A stretch of DNA of 64,000 nucleotides from Octopus vulgaris (GCA_951406725.2 OX597830.1:33666001-33730000); one strand, 5' to 3'; positions 13,235 to 25,874 are shown, numbered from the stretch's first letter. Translations and numbers: made by a program. The notes: generated by a model from the sequence alone, not told the origin.

Positions 13235-13324
13235 GACCTGAAGAGTGGCTATGTATCGTTGGATCAAAGAAATATTAATTTTTGAGATTATCGATTTTGA
13301 CATCGTCATGAAATGCGCATCGTC
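13235..13324 (+). ncRNA. Type I hammerhead ribozyme, canonical core, extended helix II
   Basis: gac CTGAAGA gtggc-tatgt...acatc-gtcat GAAA tgcgca TC^ gtc. Helix III is the palindrome ATGCGCAT and the cleavage triplet is AUC. Confidence 0.7.
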
Positions 13325-13833
13325 GTTTTAATGTGTGTATTTTTTTAATATCTATTATTTAGTAGAGAAATTTTTAGTACAATATTAATAATAATATATT
13401 TAAATTTATATTTTATTATAGATATCTTTCATTATTAATTGAATTACTTTATGGAGGTTCTGCCTCTTAATTCTCTCTCTCTCTATATATATATATACCA
13501 TACATACATATATATACACACACGTACTCCTGCATACACATGAACAGATGCATGCATATATATATATATATATATATATTCTTACAATCTTGTGTATACT
13601 CATATGTGTGTTCACACTTATATCTGTGTTTCTCTCACACACTACTTCTCTCTCTCTCTCTCTCTCTCACTACTTCTAATGGATGCTCCAGCTTGACCAC
13701 TGCCTAATTACTGAAGCTACATATGACACTGTTTCTCCAAATATGTCTCAAAAACAAAACAAAAAAAAATTCACCCCCAATCCTATATCTGAAGGGGGTC
13801 TTTACCATTTCCCTGTTTTTCTATTTATGCTAT

Positions 13834-13931
<98 letters not shown>

Positions 13932-14237
13932 CAATTAATAAGAGGAATGACCACTAAAGTGGATTCTTATATGCTAGAGATAGACGTCAAATCGCCTTAC
14001 CACAAAGAGTGTGTTCTCAAGAAAAAAACCAGCAAACGCCAAAATGTAAAAAATAAGCAAGGCAAAAGAAAATTTACAAAATAAAACAATTACCAATGTA
14101 TTATGATTTCATTATTAATATTGATTAATATTGAAGTTAATCGATTGATATCAATTTCTACCCTCATGTGACTGCGTGTGTATCGTTGACGATATTTTTC
14201 CTTCATCTTCCCTTCCTTGGATCTTTCCTTTTCCTAT

Positions 14238-14272
14238 GTTTCTGACAAAGAGATCCACTCGAAATGTTAAAT
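14238..14272 (+). ncRNA. Degenerate minimal hammerhead in a (TA)n-bounded element (about 13929-14372)
   Basis: gttt CTGACAA a gag-atcca-ctc GAAAT GTT^ aaat. Both deviations (from CTGACGA and GAAACGTT) are CpG-type transitions. Confidence 0.5.
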
Positions 14273-14368
14273 CCTCCTTCTTTCTTTCCTTTCCTGTGCG
14301 TCTAATAACATTATACTTGTTTCACGTTCTCGCGTTGTTGTGTTTTCTCTTTGTTTTCATGTTTGGAT

Positions 14369-14437
<69 letters not shown>

Positions 14438-14465
14438 GTGAAGCATGACTGTCAACACTACTACA

Positions 14466-14510
14466 TGAACCCGAAGATTGCAGAATTCAATACATGAAAG
14501 TACTAGTTCA
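14466..14510 (+). ncRNA. Minimal hammerhead with U4C core change
   Basis: tgaac CCGAAGA ttgcagaattcaatacat GAAAG ta CTA^ gttca. Helix I is a perfect 5 bp and helix III is the palindrome AGTACT. Confidence 0.55.
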
Positions 14511-14721
14511 ATCAGAATGAATATTTAACATTCTACTATTTCATTTTATTTTATTCAATTATAATATATTATCTTATAATATATCATTATAAGATTGTAA
14601 ATAAAACGTGAAAATCAGACAAGGTTGGAATTCTTTTTATTAATATATTCTTCTATACACAATCACACACACCCATATATATATATATCTATATATATAT
14701 ATATATGTGTATATATATATG

Positions 14722-14753
<32 letters not shown>

Positions 14754-14794
14754 TAGAGTTATATATATGCATGTAATTTGGAGTCATTCTGGAG

Positions 14795-14917
14795 CAGTGG
14801 TTCTCACCCAGTGTCTATATGACCCCTGAAGGTCCATATAAGACTTTTTGGGGTCCATACAAGCAAAATAGAAAATTGCATATATATATATATCACCGTG
14901 ATCACGGTGACCGACCA

Positions 14918-14978
<61 letters not shown>

Positions 14979-15192
14979 ATGTATATGTATTTATTGCAAA
15001 GAACAGCTAAATTTCTTTCTCTGACATTTTACATAGTTCAACCAACACAAATTAATGTGTGAGCAGCAAAGGAGAAATTTTGAAAGAAGTACCTATAAAA
15101 TCATTTTTTAAACATTGAATGTTTATGGGTTTCCACCAGAATAAAGTAGTAAGCAAAAGAGTCCATAGATAAAAATTGGCTGGGAACCAGTG
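14795..15192. mobile_element. hAT (Charlie-like) MITE
   Basis: Termini cagtggttctcacc...ggctgggaaccagtg, with an imperfect 8-bp TSD ttctggag/gtctggaa. Related fragments are at 15766-15966 and 59740-59815. Confidence 0.75.
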
Positions 15193-16665
15193 GTCTGGAA
15201 TTTGCCAAAGATCATTTTGAGGAACAGACTACATATCAGGAAAATTCCTGAGCTGCAGGCACTATTGAATTGAAATAAACCATTGCGCTATGGTAATGAA
15301 TTCTTTCACTGTTTTCTGAAATCATTAGTGCAACAATTATTCTGACACTTAATTAAATCTAAATTATCTTTAATGTATTCGTGGGTTATATTACATGGCT
15401 AGAAATGCTTTTTCACAGTTTGTTCAATTTAGTTTCAGCATGTTCTCAGATTATGTTACTTGCTAGAAAGCTCAGCAATATATGGGAGAATGGTCAAGAA
15501 GTTCATTTTCCAGCCACTTGGGTCAACCCTACAGTGTTGTGTTTTGTTTGGATAAGTCTCCTTTGGATTATATAGCTTTGTGTTGATCTTTTGTGCTGAG
15601 TTTGGTTCACAGAAAATGTGCAGAAGACATAGGAGTGGTTGTGTGGTAAGTAGCTTGCTTACAAACCACATGGTTTTGGGTTCAGTCCTACTGCAGTGTA
15701 ACTTGGGTAAGTGTCTTCTAATATAGCCTCGGGCCGACCAAAGCCTTGTGAGTGGATGCCAAAATTCCTTGTGTAGGTTGTAAAATGTTTGAGAAAGAAG
15801 CCAAGCTGTTTCTTGAAATAAATACATCTAAAGCGAAACTTTTTAATGAACCCTTAATTTACTACAATGGCTCTGAAATTTACATTTATATTTCACTCGC
15901 GTAGACCCTAAAAAAATGATATGTGGACCCCACTGGGTCATATGGCCCTCAGTTGAAAAACCACTGAGCAAGATGGAGAATGTGGCCACTTAGGTGGAAT
16001 TGGTACTCTGTTACAATCTCTTGCAGTGGTTGTAACATTGCTCAGATATCAAAGCCATTTCCTTTAGATAAATCTGGGCAATGAATGGAATTGAAATAAT
16101 TAGAATGTGTGATCTGGTGCATAATTTAGCAATTCCCATCATTGTTTCACATAGTCTCTGATCATAGTGTTTTTGCTTTAACATTACTAAATACACCAAA
16201 GAATGGCATGAAGATTTCACATTCTCATTTGCAACTTTATATGAACTTAAAGACTTCATCCTGTGTATGAAGTCAGTAATTAAGAGAATACAAAGAATCA
16301 CATTTCATATTGCTGTCATAAAAAAAAAATTCTTCCTTTATAAATTTATTTATTTATTTTTACTACAATATCCATCTATTCCTTCCTCTTTTTCTTCCAT
16401 CGTTCTTTTATTCCTTCATTATATTCTTTTTCTCAGCTGTTGGCTATAAAATAAATCTCAAATTCTCAAATAATTGGTTTAACTTTCTTAATTTTTTTAT
16501 CCCTACCGAAACACAAAATTTTTCATTAATTTTGGAAATTCTGTAGAATCTTCCCTCTTTCTAGCTTTTCTTTTCCTTCTCTCTCACGGTATCCGTCTAT
16601 CTATATTTGTATATATCTTTGTATCTCTATCATCTCTCTCAAAGAAAAAGACAGGCTCTCTACCT

Positions 16666-16737
<72 letters not shown>

Positions 16738-16885
16738 AATATATATTTATATATATCTTGGTCTTTCTATCTCTTCCTTTACCTTCTCTCTTTTTCAGTC
16801 TTATGCTCTCTTTCAGTTGTTTTCCTTTGTCTATTTTATCTCTATACATCTTTCTTTATATCCTGTCATTCCAATGTGCATATTC

Positions 16886-16972
<87 letters not shown>

Positions 16973-17142
16973 GCTGTCTGTCTTTACGTCTATCATCCTA
17001 TCTAATTTCTATTTTCTCTCCATCAAACTATCTCTCATTTTCACATAACTTTCTCCCTTTATATTTCCCTATCTTTCGTTTTCTCTCTTTCTTTCCTTTT
17101 TATTAATTTTCGCTCTATCAATCTTTTTCTTTCACATCTCTC

Positions 17143-17192
<50 letters not shown>

Positions 17193-18105
17193 GTAATTTC
17201 TACCACATCTCTGTTTCTCTCTCACTCTCTTTCTCTTCCTCTTTCTTTCTCTCACCTATCTCCTGTCTTTTTCTCTTCTCTTTTACATCTCTCACCTATC
17301 ACCCTCTGCTCTTCTAAAACACTAACATAACATGCACATAATTAGCAGATAAACAAATATTTTTACAGAGATGACAATCAAGGAAAATTCTGAAATTAAT
17401 TCATTAAAAGAGAGAAAAAAAACAAACAAACAAACAAACAAACAAACACCACCAACACCAACACCACTATAACTACCATCACTACTGCCACCATTACTAC
17501 CATCACCACCACCATAACTACCATCACTACCTTCATCTGCATTACCATCATCATCATCATCATCATCACCAGCTCTACCAGCACCAGCATCACCATCACT
17601 ACCACATCTAAAACAACACTAATAATAGTGATTTAATTATTCCAAAAGCAATAATTATGTCATAAACGTCTCTAAATTCATAACGTTATTAATTATTACT
17701 AATTCTTGCTTTGTATCCTTTTATTTTTTTCCTGTTTCACTTTTGTATTTGTTTTAGGTTCATTTTGCACTTCACTATAAAGTTTTATTATATTTTTCAT
17801 ATTTTTCTTATTTGTTTTGTTTTTTTGTTTATTTTTTTTATTTTTATTATTCCTTTGTGTTTGTATTTTAAACATTTTTGTTAGAAATATTTCTGGAAAG
17901 TTCTTGATATGCTTCTCTTTCCAGCAAAACCCAGCTAGGAGAACCTAAACATGATCAAATCACATGCTAAAAATAGCAGCTACATTTCTATCCAATCATA
18001 CTTTATTCCAATGATTAAAATGGAACATGTTAGGAATTAGGGGTACTCTAAGCTGTTAAGAAGTCATTGAGAATGAACCGAGAAGTTTGATGTCATAAAC
18101 CCCCA

Positions 18106-18350
18106 TGTGAAAGTGCGTGGCTTAGTGGTTAGGGTGTTGGGCTCATGATTGTAAGATTGTGGCTTCAGTTCCTGGACCAGGCAATGTGTTGTGTTCTTAA
18201 GCAAAACACTTCATTTCATGTTGCTCAAGTCCACCCAGGTGGTAAAGATGAGTTATCCTGCGACAGGCCAGTGTCCTGTCCAAGTGGAGAATATACATTG
18301 CCATGGAGACCAGAAAACTGGCCCTTATGAGTCAGTTTGACTTGAGAAAG
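18106..18350 (+). mobile_element. tRNA-derived CORE-like SINE (family D head)
   Basis: A-box gtggcttagtggtt and a gtgttcttaagcaaaacactt core, as in 36750-37080. Confidence 0.7.
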
Positions 18351-18489
18351 GAACTTTATAAACCCTCATTCTGACTGAGCTAGAAAGTAAGAGAGCAGCA
18401 TCAACCCAGTGTCCAAGTGTCATAGAAAAGAGAGCATATTGATAATATAATCTGAGATATAATATATATAAAAAAAGACAGGGCAGGCA

Positions 18490-19537
18490 TGGATAGACTC
18501 CATTTAATAATAGTACTGGCTGGAGAATAAACAAGAACAACAATTCAGCCTAGTTAGAAATAATAGTAAAAAGAACAAAAAAAGTATATAATTTGACAAT
18601 GGTGATGTGTATTACCTTATTGGGTTTTTTTTTATCACGCTGGATTTAATTAGTAAGAAATTCACATCAACCAGTTTGGACTCTACAGAGACAATGGTTT
18701 AGTAACATGATGGGGGCTGAATAACCACACACTTGATAGGCTTATAAAGGTCCTTACCTGCACCATGAATTTTCTTGGTCCCAAACTCACACTAGAACCC
18801 ACTCTTCAGAGTTGATTTCCTTGATGTGACCTTGAACTTGAAATTTAGTGCCTATGAGCCTTTTTGGAAGCCGAATGAAAAGCTGATATACACCAACACA
18901 GCCTCCTGTCATCTGGCCATAGTGTCCAGGAGCCTAATGATGGGGGCAACAGAAGAATCTCCAGCCTGTTTTCACGTAAAGAGATTTTTAATTCTGCTGC
19001 CCTCTACAATGATGAAGATTTGGTTGCCAATTGTTTTAAGGATAGGGTTAGTTACACACCCAACTTTAATCTTCATGAATAGATGCTACTGGGAAGTATT
19101 GTGGTTCCCCATGCCCTTTTTCCCTAAGGGTTAAAACTAGTGTGGATAAGATCTTCAACTTAATGTATAAAAGCATTTATTGTATGAATTGGTTCTGTAA
19201 AATTTTCTATAGACGTATTTGAAAAGTTTCTTTTAGATGTGCACCAGCATGAATAAAATATAAGTAGATAGGTCCACACCTGAGACCAGCGTTTCTCAAC
19301 TGGGGTACCCCTGAACCCTAGGGTTCTGCAAAAGGTTCCTAGGGGTTCTGCAAGAAAGAGTGAGATAAGCTAATGCTAATTTCATGACTGTAATGTTACT
19401 ATACATGCACAACATATTATTGGTTATTGTAATATTGTAATATAGATATCATCCTATCTAACCTATTATGTTATCAAAAAAATATAACAACCATATATAT
19501 ATATCGCAAATGAATGAAAGAAGATGGAATATATGAG

Positions 19538-19590
<53 letters not shown>

Positions 19591-19900
19591 CATATATATG
19601 ATATTTATCATATGAACTACGATGCAAAAAATATGAGAAACATACAGTATATAATCTTTTTTTGTGCAGGGGTTCCTTGAGACATGTAACTTATTTTAAG
19701 GGTTATACAAGAGTAAAAAGGGTGACAAACACTGCCTGAGGCAGAGGATCCTCATGCGGAGACAATAGCAAGTGTTCTCTTAACAGCTACTGTAACACAG
19801 AGACAATTGCATATGAGGCAGTGATAATGTCAAAGGACCACAGGCACTCAAACGTTTTGAAGTATGTGGTTGCAAGGCAAAACAAAATTCAGTGTATTCA
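18490..19900 (+). pseudogene. Decayed Penelope-like retroelement ORF (RT, linker and start of GIY-YIG endonuclease), interrupted by a hAT MITE
   Basis: Collinear frameshifted motifs: GLYRDNGL (18678; PLE GLYRDDGL), VDFLDVTLNLKFSAYEPFWKPNEKLIY, EVLWFPMPF..RVKTSV, KIFYRRI*KVSFRC. After the MITE come CGDNSKCSLNSYCNTETIAYEAV and KYVV (YIG-like). Confidence 0.8.
19287..19734. mobile_element. hAT MITE
   Basis: Termini cagcgtttctcaac...ggtgacaaacactg, with an 8-bp TSD cctgagac/cctgaggc. Confidence 0.85.
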
Positions 19901-20592
19901 GGTTCCTGAGGTAAGGAATGGGGCAAAGGAATTCAAAATTCAATGAGGTTATTTCATTTATTTGTTTTTAGAGTGGAGCCTTTCAGATACTAGCAACCCA
20001 CTCCTTGGCTCTCCAAAAATTCTGAAGTACCAGCTGAACCCCATCTTCTTACAGGCACTGGTCCTTACTGACATTACCTCTTTTACTTCTCTCATATGGT
20101 ATGCAGGAAAAAATTGCTTTGCTGTACGGATGATGAAAAGTCTACCATTTTAGACTGAACCCTTTATGGATGAACAACATGCCTTGTATTTAGTAACATC
20201 CATTTGTCCTGAATTTAAATTCTCCCTTTATTCATTAATACTAGAAATATATTTACAGAATATTCTACTGACTACACAATCTTTGAAGGCTGTCTTGAAA
20301 ACATCTTTCTACTGTCTTGCTGAAACAATTTTAACACAGCTATCAGTTTCTTTAAAATATGCAGCTAATAGAATTCTTGAAGTGTCAGAAAAATATCATA
20401 CTTCACATTTCACCTCAACAATAACAGAGAAGAGAGCATCAATAGAATAAGTATTGGCTACGTGAAGTTAACATTGACCGTCCTTTACTCTTCTTCATCT
20501 CTGAATTTCTCACCTTCATTTAATATGACAAATAATGAATTGTTTAAGTGATGGAATCAGTAGAGTATTGGCCAAAAGGTTTGGTAGTATTT

Positions 20593-20999
20593 ACTCTTTT
20601 CCTTGTTTCAGTTATTTGACTGTGGCCATGCTGGAGCACTGCCTTTATTGAAGCAATCAATCCCAGAGCTTATTCTTTATAAGCCTAGTACTTATTCTAT
20701 TGGTCTCTTTTTCCAAACCGCTAAGTTACAGGGATGTAAACACACTTGCATCGGTTGTCAAGCGATGTTGGGGGGACAAATGCAGACACACAAACATATA
20801 CACACACATACATATATATATATATACATATATATGACGGGCTTCTTTCCATTTCCGTCTGCCAAATCCACTCACAAGGCTTTGGTCGGCCCAAGGCAAT
20901 AGTAGAATACACTTGCCCAAGGTGCCACACAGTGGGACTGAACCTGGAACCATGTGATTGGTAAGCAAGCTACTTACAACACAGCTACTCCTGCACCTA
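20593..20999 (-). mobile_element. SINE family A, full length
   Basis: Reverse complement of consensus A from head to tail. Confidence 0.9.
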
Positions 21000-22129
21000 T
21001 TAGTCATAAATCTTTGCATTCTGAATTAATTTCATGTCAAGAATGAGTTTATTTTTCTTTCTTCTATATTCCATAAAATATATACTGATCAGAGAGTGTG
21101 GCGGTTGTACTCTCCAAATTCTGTTCCCAAAATTGTGTTTGGAGATCTGTACCAGAAGCGATTACTATCTTGATAGAACCAGCAGAGTGACTGACAAAAA
21201 GATAGGCACAAATATTGAGTAGGGGTTAGCCAATGTCACCAACTCATTTACTTGGCTGGTACTTCATCAACCCTGAAGGGGTTTATAAAGTATCAGACAA
21301 GAAAAAGAGATAATGATATAACTCAGATTTACTCATCAGAAGAATTACAGTGGGTTTGCTCACCCTTAGTGATCTCTGATACTTTTTACTACATGATGTG
21401 GTTAGCCAGAACCTGGAACATACCTGAGAGCTCTTACAGTACCTGCCTGGATAGTTTATCCCTATATACTCATCGTTTTATGTATGGGCCTCTTGGAGGC
21501 AATGACAAATGACAGAGATCTTTGGCAATATGCTGTGGTTGAGAAGAAGATTCATCAAGACAAGTGAAAGTGTAGTTATGGCAGATACTAGTGTCACACA
21601 ACTGGCAACCATGCTGGTGGCACATAAAAGCACACATTACACTCTTGGAGTGGTTGGCATCAGGAAGAGCATCCAACTGTTGAAACCATGCCAAAGCAGA
21701 CTGGAACCTGGTGCAGCTTCTCAGTTTACCAGCTCTTGTCAAACCATCCAACCCATGCCAGCTGGACAATGGACGTTAAATGATGACGTCGATGACATAC
21801 ATGATGGGATTTCAGTTTTTGTCTACCAAATCCACTCACAAGGATTTTAGTCACCCTGAGGCTATAATTGAAGACATTTGCTCAAGGTACCACACAGTAG
21901 GATTGAACCCAGAACCATGTGATTGGGAGGCAACTTCTTACCACACAGCGATGCCTGCATCCAAGCAAATTATCATTCTACTAATAGTTTGGCAGTTCAA
22001 ATCTCGCCTAAGTCAGATATATCTTTCTGGAATCAATAAAGTACTTGTCAATTGCTAAAATTGCTGTCTTTATACATTAGTTACATTATTTACATTCGAC
22101 GGATATTTGTCCTCATCTTGTTTGTTGTT

Positions 22130-22175
22130 AACACAACGTTTCAACTGATATACCATCCAGCCTTCATCAGGTGTC
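22130..22175 (-). ncRNA. Minimal type I hammerhead ribozyme, canonical core
   Basis: gacac CTGATGA a ggctg-gatggtatat-cagtt GAAAC GTT^ gtgtt. Helix I is gacac/gtgtt and helix III is the palindrome AACGTT. It lies inside a repeat (22080-22230) that also occurs at 25200-25345. Confidence 0.75.
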
Positions 22176-22375
22176 TTGGGGAAATTTCGAACCTTGGTTC
22201 TCATTCCTAAGGTATTTTTTGATGTTGTTATTATCATCATTATAAAGTTATATGCACACTATAATATCTGTAATTCCACCAAAAGGGAAATACCGTTATT
22301 TCACTATGGAGACTTGGTTGCAGAGTTAATATTAGATATGAATAGCTTCTTCTTCTTCTTCTTCTTCTTCTTCTT

Positions 22376-22437
<62 letters not shown>

Positions 22438-22691
22438 TATTATTATTACTATTATTATTACTATTATTATTATTACTATTATTACTAATCTACACTCACG
22501 GAGTGGTTGGCGTTAGGAAGGGCATCCAGCCATAGAAACACTGCCAGATCAGACTGGGCCTGATGCAGCCTTCTGGCTTCACAGACCCCAGTTGAACCGT
22601 CCAACCCATGCTAGCATGGAAAGCGGACGCTAAATGATGATGATAATGATGATTATTATTATTATCATTATTATTATTATTTTTTTTTATT

Positions 22692-22727
<36 letters not shown>

Positions 22728-22824
22728 ATTATTATTATTATTATTATTATTATCATCATCATTATTGTTGTTGTTGTTGTTGTTGTTGTTATTATTATCA
22801 TTATTATTATTATTGTTATTAATA

Positions 22825-23157
22825 AAGCTGAGTGGCCAGCTGGCAGAGTCATTAGTGTGTTGGACAAATTGCTTAGCAGTATTTATTCTGCTTCTTTATG
22901 TTCTGGGTTCAAATTCTCCCATGGTCAAACCTTGCCTTACATTCTTTCGGGGTCAGCAAAAAACAAAGAAAAAACAAAAAAAACACAGTCAAGTACTGGG
23001 GTCAATATAATTGACTTCTCACTCTGCATCCCTTCAAAATTCAAGCCTTGAGCTAAATTTGCTTTCCATCCTTTCGGTAAATAACTACCAGTTACACATT
23101 GGGATCAATGTTATCAGCTTAATCCCCTCCCTCAAGCTGTCCTCATGGCAAAAATTT

Positions 23158-23189
<32 letters not shown>

Positions 23190-23900
23190 TATCATTATTA
23201 TTAAGGCAGTGAGCTGGCAGAATCGTTAGCATGCTGGGCAAAATGTTTGGTGACATTTAGTCTGTCTTTACATTCTGAGTTCAAATTCTACTGAGGTCAA
23301 CTTTGCCTTTCATCCTTTCGGGGGTCAATAAATTAAGTACCAGTGAAACATTGGGGTCAATGTAATCGACTAGTCCCCCTTTCCCTCAAATTTCAGGCCT
23401 TGTGCCTTTAAAGAAAGAATTATTGAGGCAACAAGCTAGGAGAATCATTAGCACACTGGGCGAAATGCTTAGCAGCATTTTGTCAGTCATGTTCTGAGTT
23501 CAAATTCCGCCAAGGTGAAGTTTGCCTCTCATCCTTTCAGAGGATGATAAATTAAGCACCAGTGAAACACTGGGGTTGAAGTATTCGACTAGTCCCCTAC
23601 TCCCACCCAAATTTCAGGCCTTGTGCCTTTAGTAGAAAGGATTATTATTATTATCATTGTTATTATTATTTTTATTATTATTAAGGTGGCAAGCTGGCAG
23701 AATCATTAGCATGCAGGGCAAAATGCTTAGCAGTATTTTGCCCATCACTACGTTCTGAGTTCAGATTCCACCGAGGTCGACTTTGCCTTTCATCCTTTTG
23801 GGATCGAGAAATTAAGTACCAGTGAGACTCTGGGGTTGATGTCACCGACTAGTCCCCTCCCCCAAAATTTGAGGCCTTGTGCTGGAGTAGAAAGGATTAT
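22825..23900 (+). repeat. Head-to-tail array of about 5 family B SINE copies separated by (ATT)n tails
   Basis: Repeated gagctggcagaatcgttagc...gagttcaaattcc...gcctttcatcctttcggggtc(g)ataaattaagtacc, a Nin/Deu-like central domain. Confidence 0.85.
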
Positions 23901-25192
23901 TATTATTATGATTGTTATTATTAGAGTCAGACTTGCTTGGCAAACAATTAGCAGAAGACTGCTGGCAATAAAAACCATATTACAATGATTTAAATTTAAT
24001 TCATTTCTGAAATAATTTCATTTATTTAATTTTAAGTGTTACCTTTTGTGTCATATTAAAAGTGATTTGTTGTTTAGTTTAAGGTACCTCACACACAAAC
24101 ACACACATACACACACACACATATCTCAATCTCTTTTTTATGACTTCAATATATTACCTTCTCTTCTTGCTTTTCCTTCTCTCTTTCTGCTCAATTGCCT
24201 CTCTCATTTTCTCTTTCTTATTCACTCGTTTTTCCCCTCTTTCTTCTCTCTCTCTCTCTCTTCTCATTGTCTTCTTTCTTTCTTTCTCTCTCATTTTTCA
24301 CCCTCTGCTTTTTTTCTCTCTTACTTTCTTAACTCTCTATATTATCCCCCCCTCTCTCTTTCATTTTATGTGCCACTTTCCTCTTTTATTACTCCCTCTG
24401 TGCCCTCTTCTTTTTCTCTTTTTACCCCACTCCTTTCTCTTGCTAGCACCCTCTTTCTTTCTCTCTCTTTCTGTCCCACTCTGTTTTTAGTACTGCTCTC
24501 TTCTTTTCCCTTACTCCCTCTTCATCTCTCTCTCTCTCTCCCTCAAATGTCACTACTTTGAAATCATCATATTCCACCACCACCACTACCACCCTAACAC
24601 ACACACACACACACACACACACACTTCTTTACTCTCCTAATTGATTCTAAAAACAAACAAAGCAAAAAAAAAAAAACCTGCAAATATTCACCAGAAATTG
24701 AAATTAGCTGTAAAGTGATAGTTTAAAAAACAACAAGATAGCTGTTGGAATTTCAAATTAGATATTGCAAACAAAACTAATTAGATGTCTTTGTTAATTA
24801 GGCTATCAATCAAACCTGCAGTTTGGTAAAGCCAGAGATGCAAAGCATTGGCAGCACCATGGTTCTTATCAGTACTAGCATCATTGGAAACACTAAAAAC
24901 CACTGTAATTATTAACATCACTGCAGTTGCCATTACCACCATGACCAACACCAACTAATGAGAGACTTTCTATGTGCTTGGCATGTTAAAAATCGCAGCT
25001 AAATCTCCCTTATTTGATATCCCTATCATCTTCAAAATAAAAGGGCAAGGCTTCCCTTCAATCATGAATAACCATGGAATTGCACCTAGAAAGTTTCCCT
25101 CCGAGTAACAAGTGTGAGCAAGGATGTTTATGGAAGGCCAGTAGTCTCCCCTGCATACCAGCCTCCCCTGTCCAAGCCTCTTTATCATTTTT

Positions 25193-25483
25193 TACATTAT
25201 TTACATTATTTACATTTGACGGATATTTGTCCTCATCTTGTTTGTTGTTAACACGTTTCGGCTGATATACCCTCCACCCTTATTCAGGTGTCTTGGGGAA
25301 ATTTCGAACCTGGGTTCTCATCCCTAATGTATTTTTTGATGTTATTATTATTATTATTATTAATATTCAGGTCACTGCCTGGAATCGAACTCGGAATCTT
25401 GGGGTTAGTAGCCCACACTCTTAACCACTACACCATAAGATGAGGACAAATATCTGTTAAATGTAAAGAATGTAAATAATGTA
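25193..25483 (-). mobile_element. tRNA-headed short element with a degenerate hammerhead (25250-25292) and terminal inverted repeats
   Basis: Minus strand: A-box tggtgtagtgg and B-box gagttcgattcc (about 25373-25436), then (AAT)n, then gacac CTGAATA...cagcc GAAAC gt gtt. Positions 25437-25483 are approximately the reverse complement of 25193-25238. Confidence 0.7.
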
Positions 25484-25694
25484 AAAAATGTACATAATTC
25501 CTCATCTCTTAAATATAGAACTGCAAGCCTCTGATGTTATCCAGAGGAAAGGCAAAGGCTGATACAGCTTGGCATCATTGACATCGCAACTTATCTCTAC
25601 TGCTTTTCATCTGTCTTTACATTCTGAGCTCAAATTCCCCCAAGGTCAACTTTGTCTTTCATCAATGATAATTCAAAACCAACTAGGAAGGGAT

Positions 25695-25874
25695 GATCTG
25701 TTGCCAATGAGACATGATGCTGCACAACAAAATTGAAAAGGAAACCACAAGGCAGAGCTGTACAAGTAAGTTTCCAACTGGAAAAAAATGCAGAAAGAAC
25801 AGTCCAGAATCAGGAGCTGTGGGGAAAAAATCATTGGTGGTTTATGTTCCATAGGGAAAGAAGGGCTTAAAGTA
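25695..25874 (+). mobile_element. RTE LINE 3' end remnant
   Basis: Frameshifted VQNQELW...IGGLCSIGKEGLK* followed by an aagtaa tail, resembling RTE C-termini. Confidence 0.5.

Noticed and set aside
20746-20964. Recurring peptide YDGLLSVSVYQIHSQGFG...PRCHAVGLNPEP in many ORFs, resembling a gene family
   Set aside because: It is the antisense translation of SINE family A.
25373-25436. tRNA gene (also the heads at 31129, 36118 and 57140)
   Set aside because: A and B boxes are present but there is no complete cloverleaf, and each runs into a SINE body.
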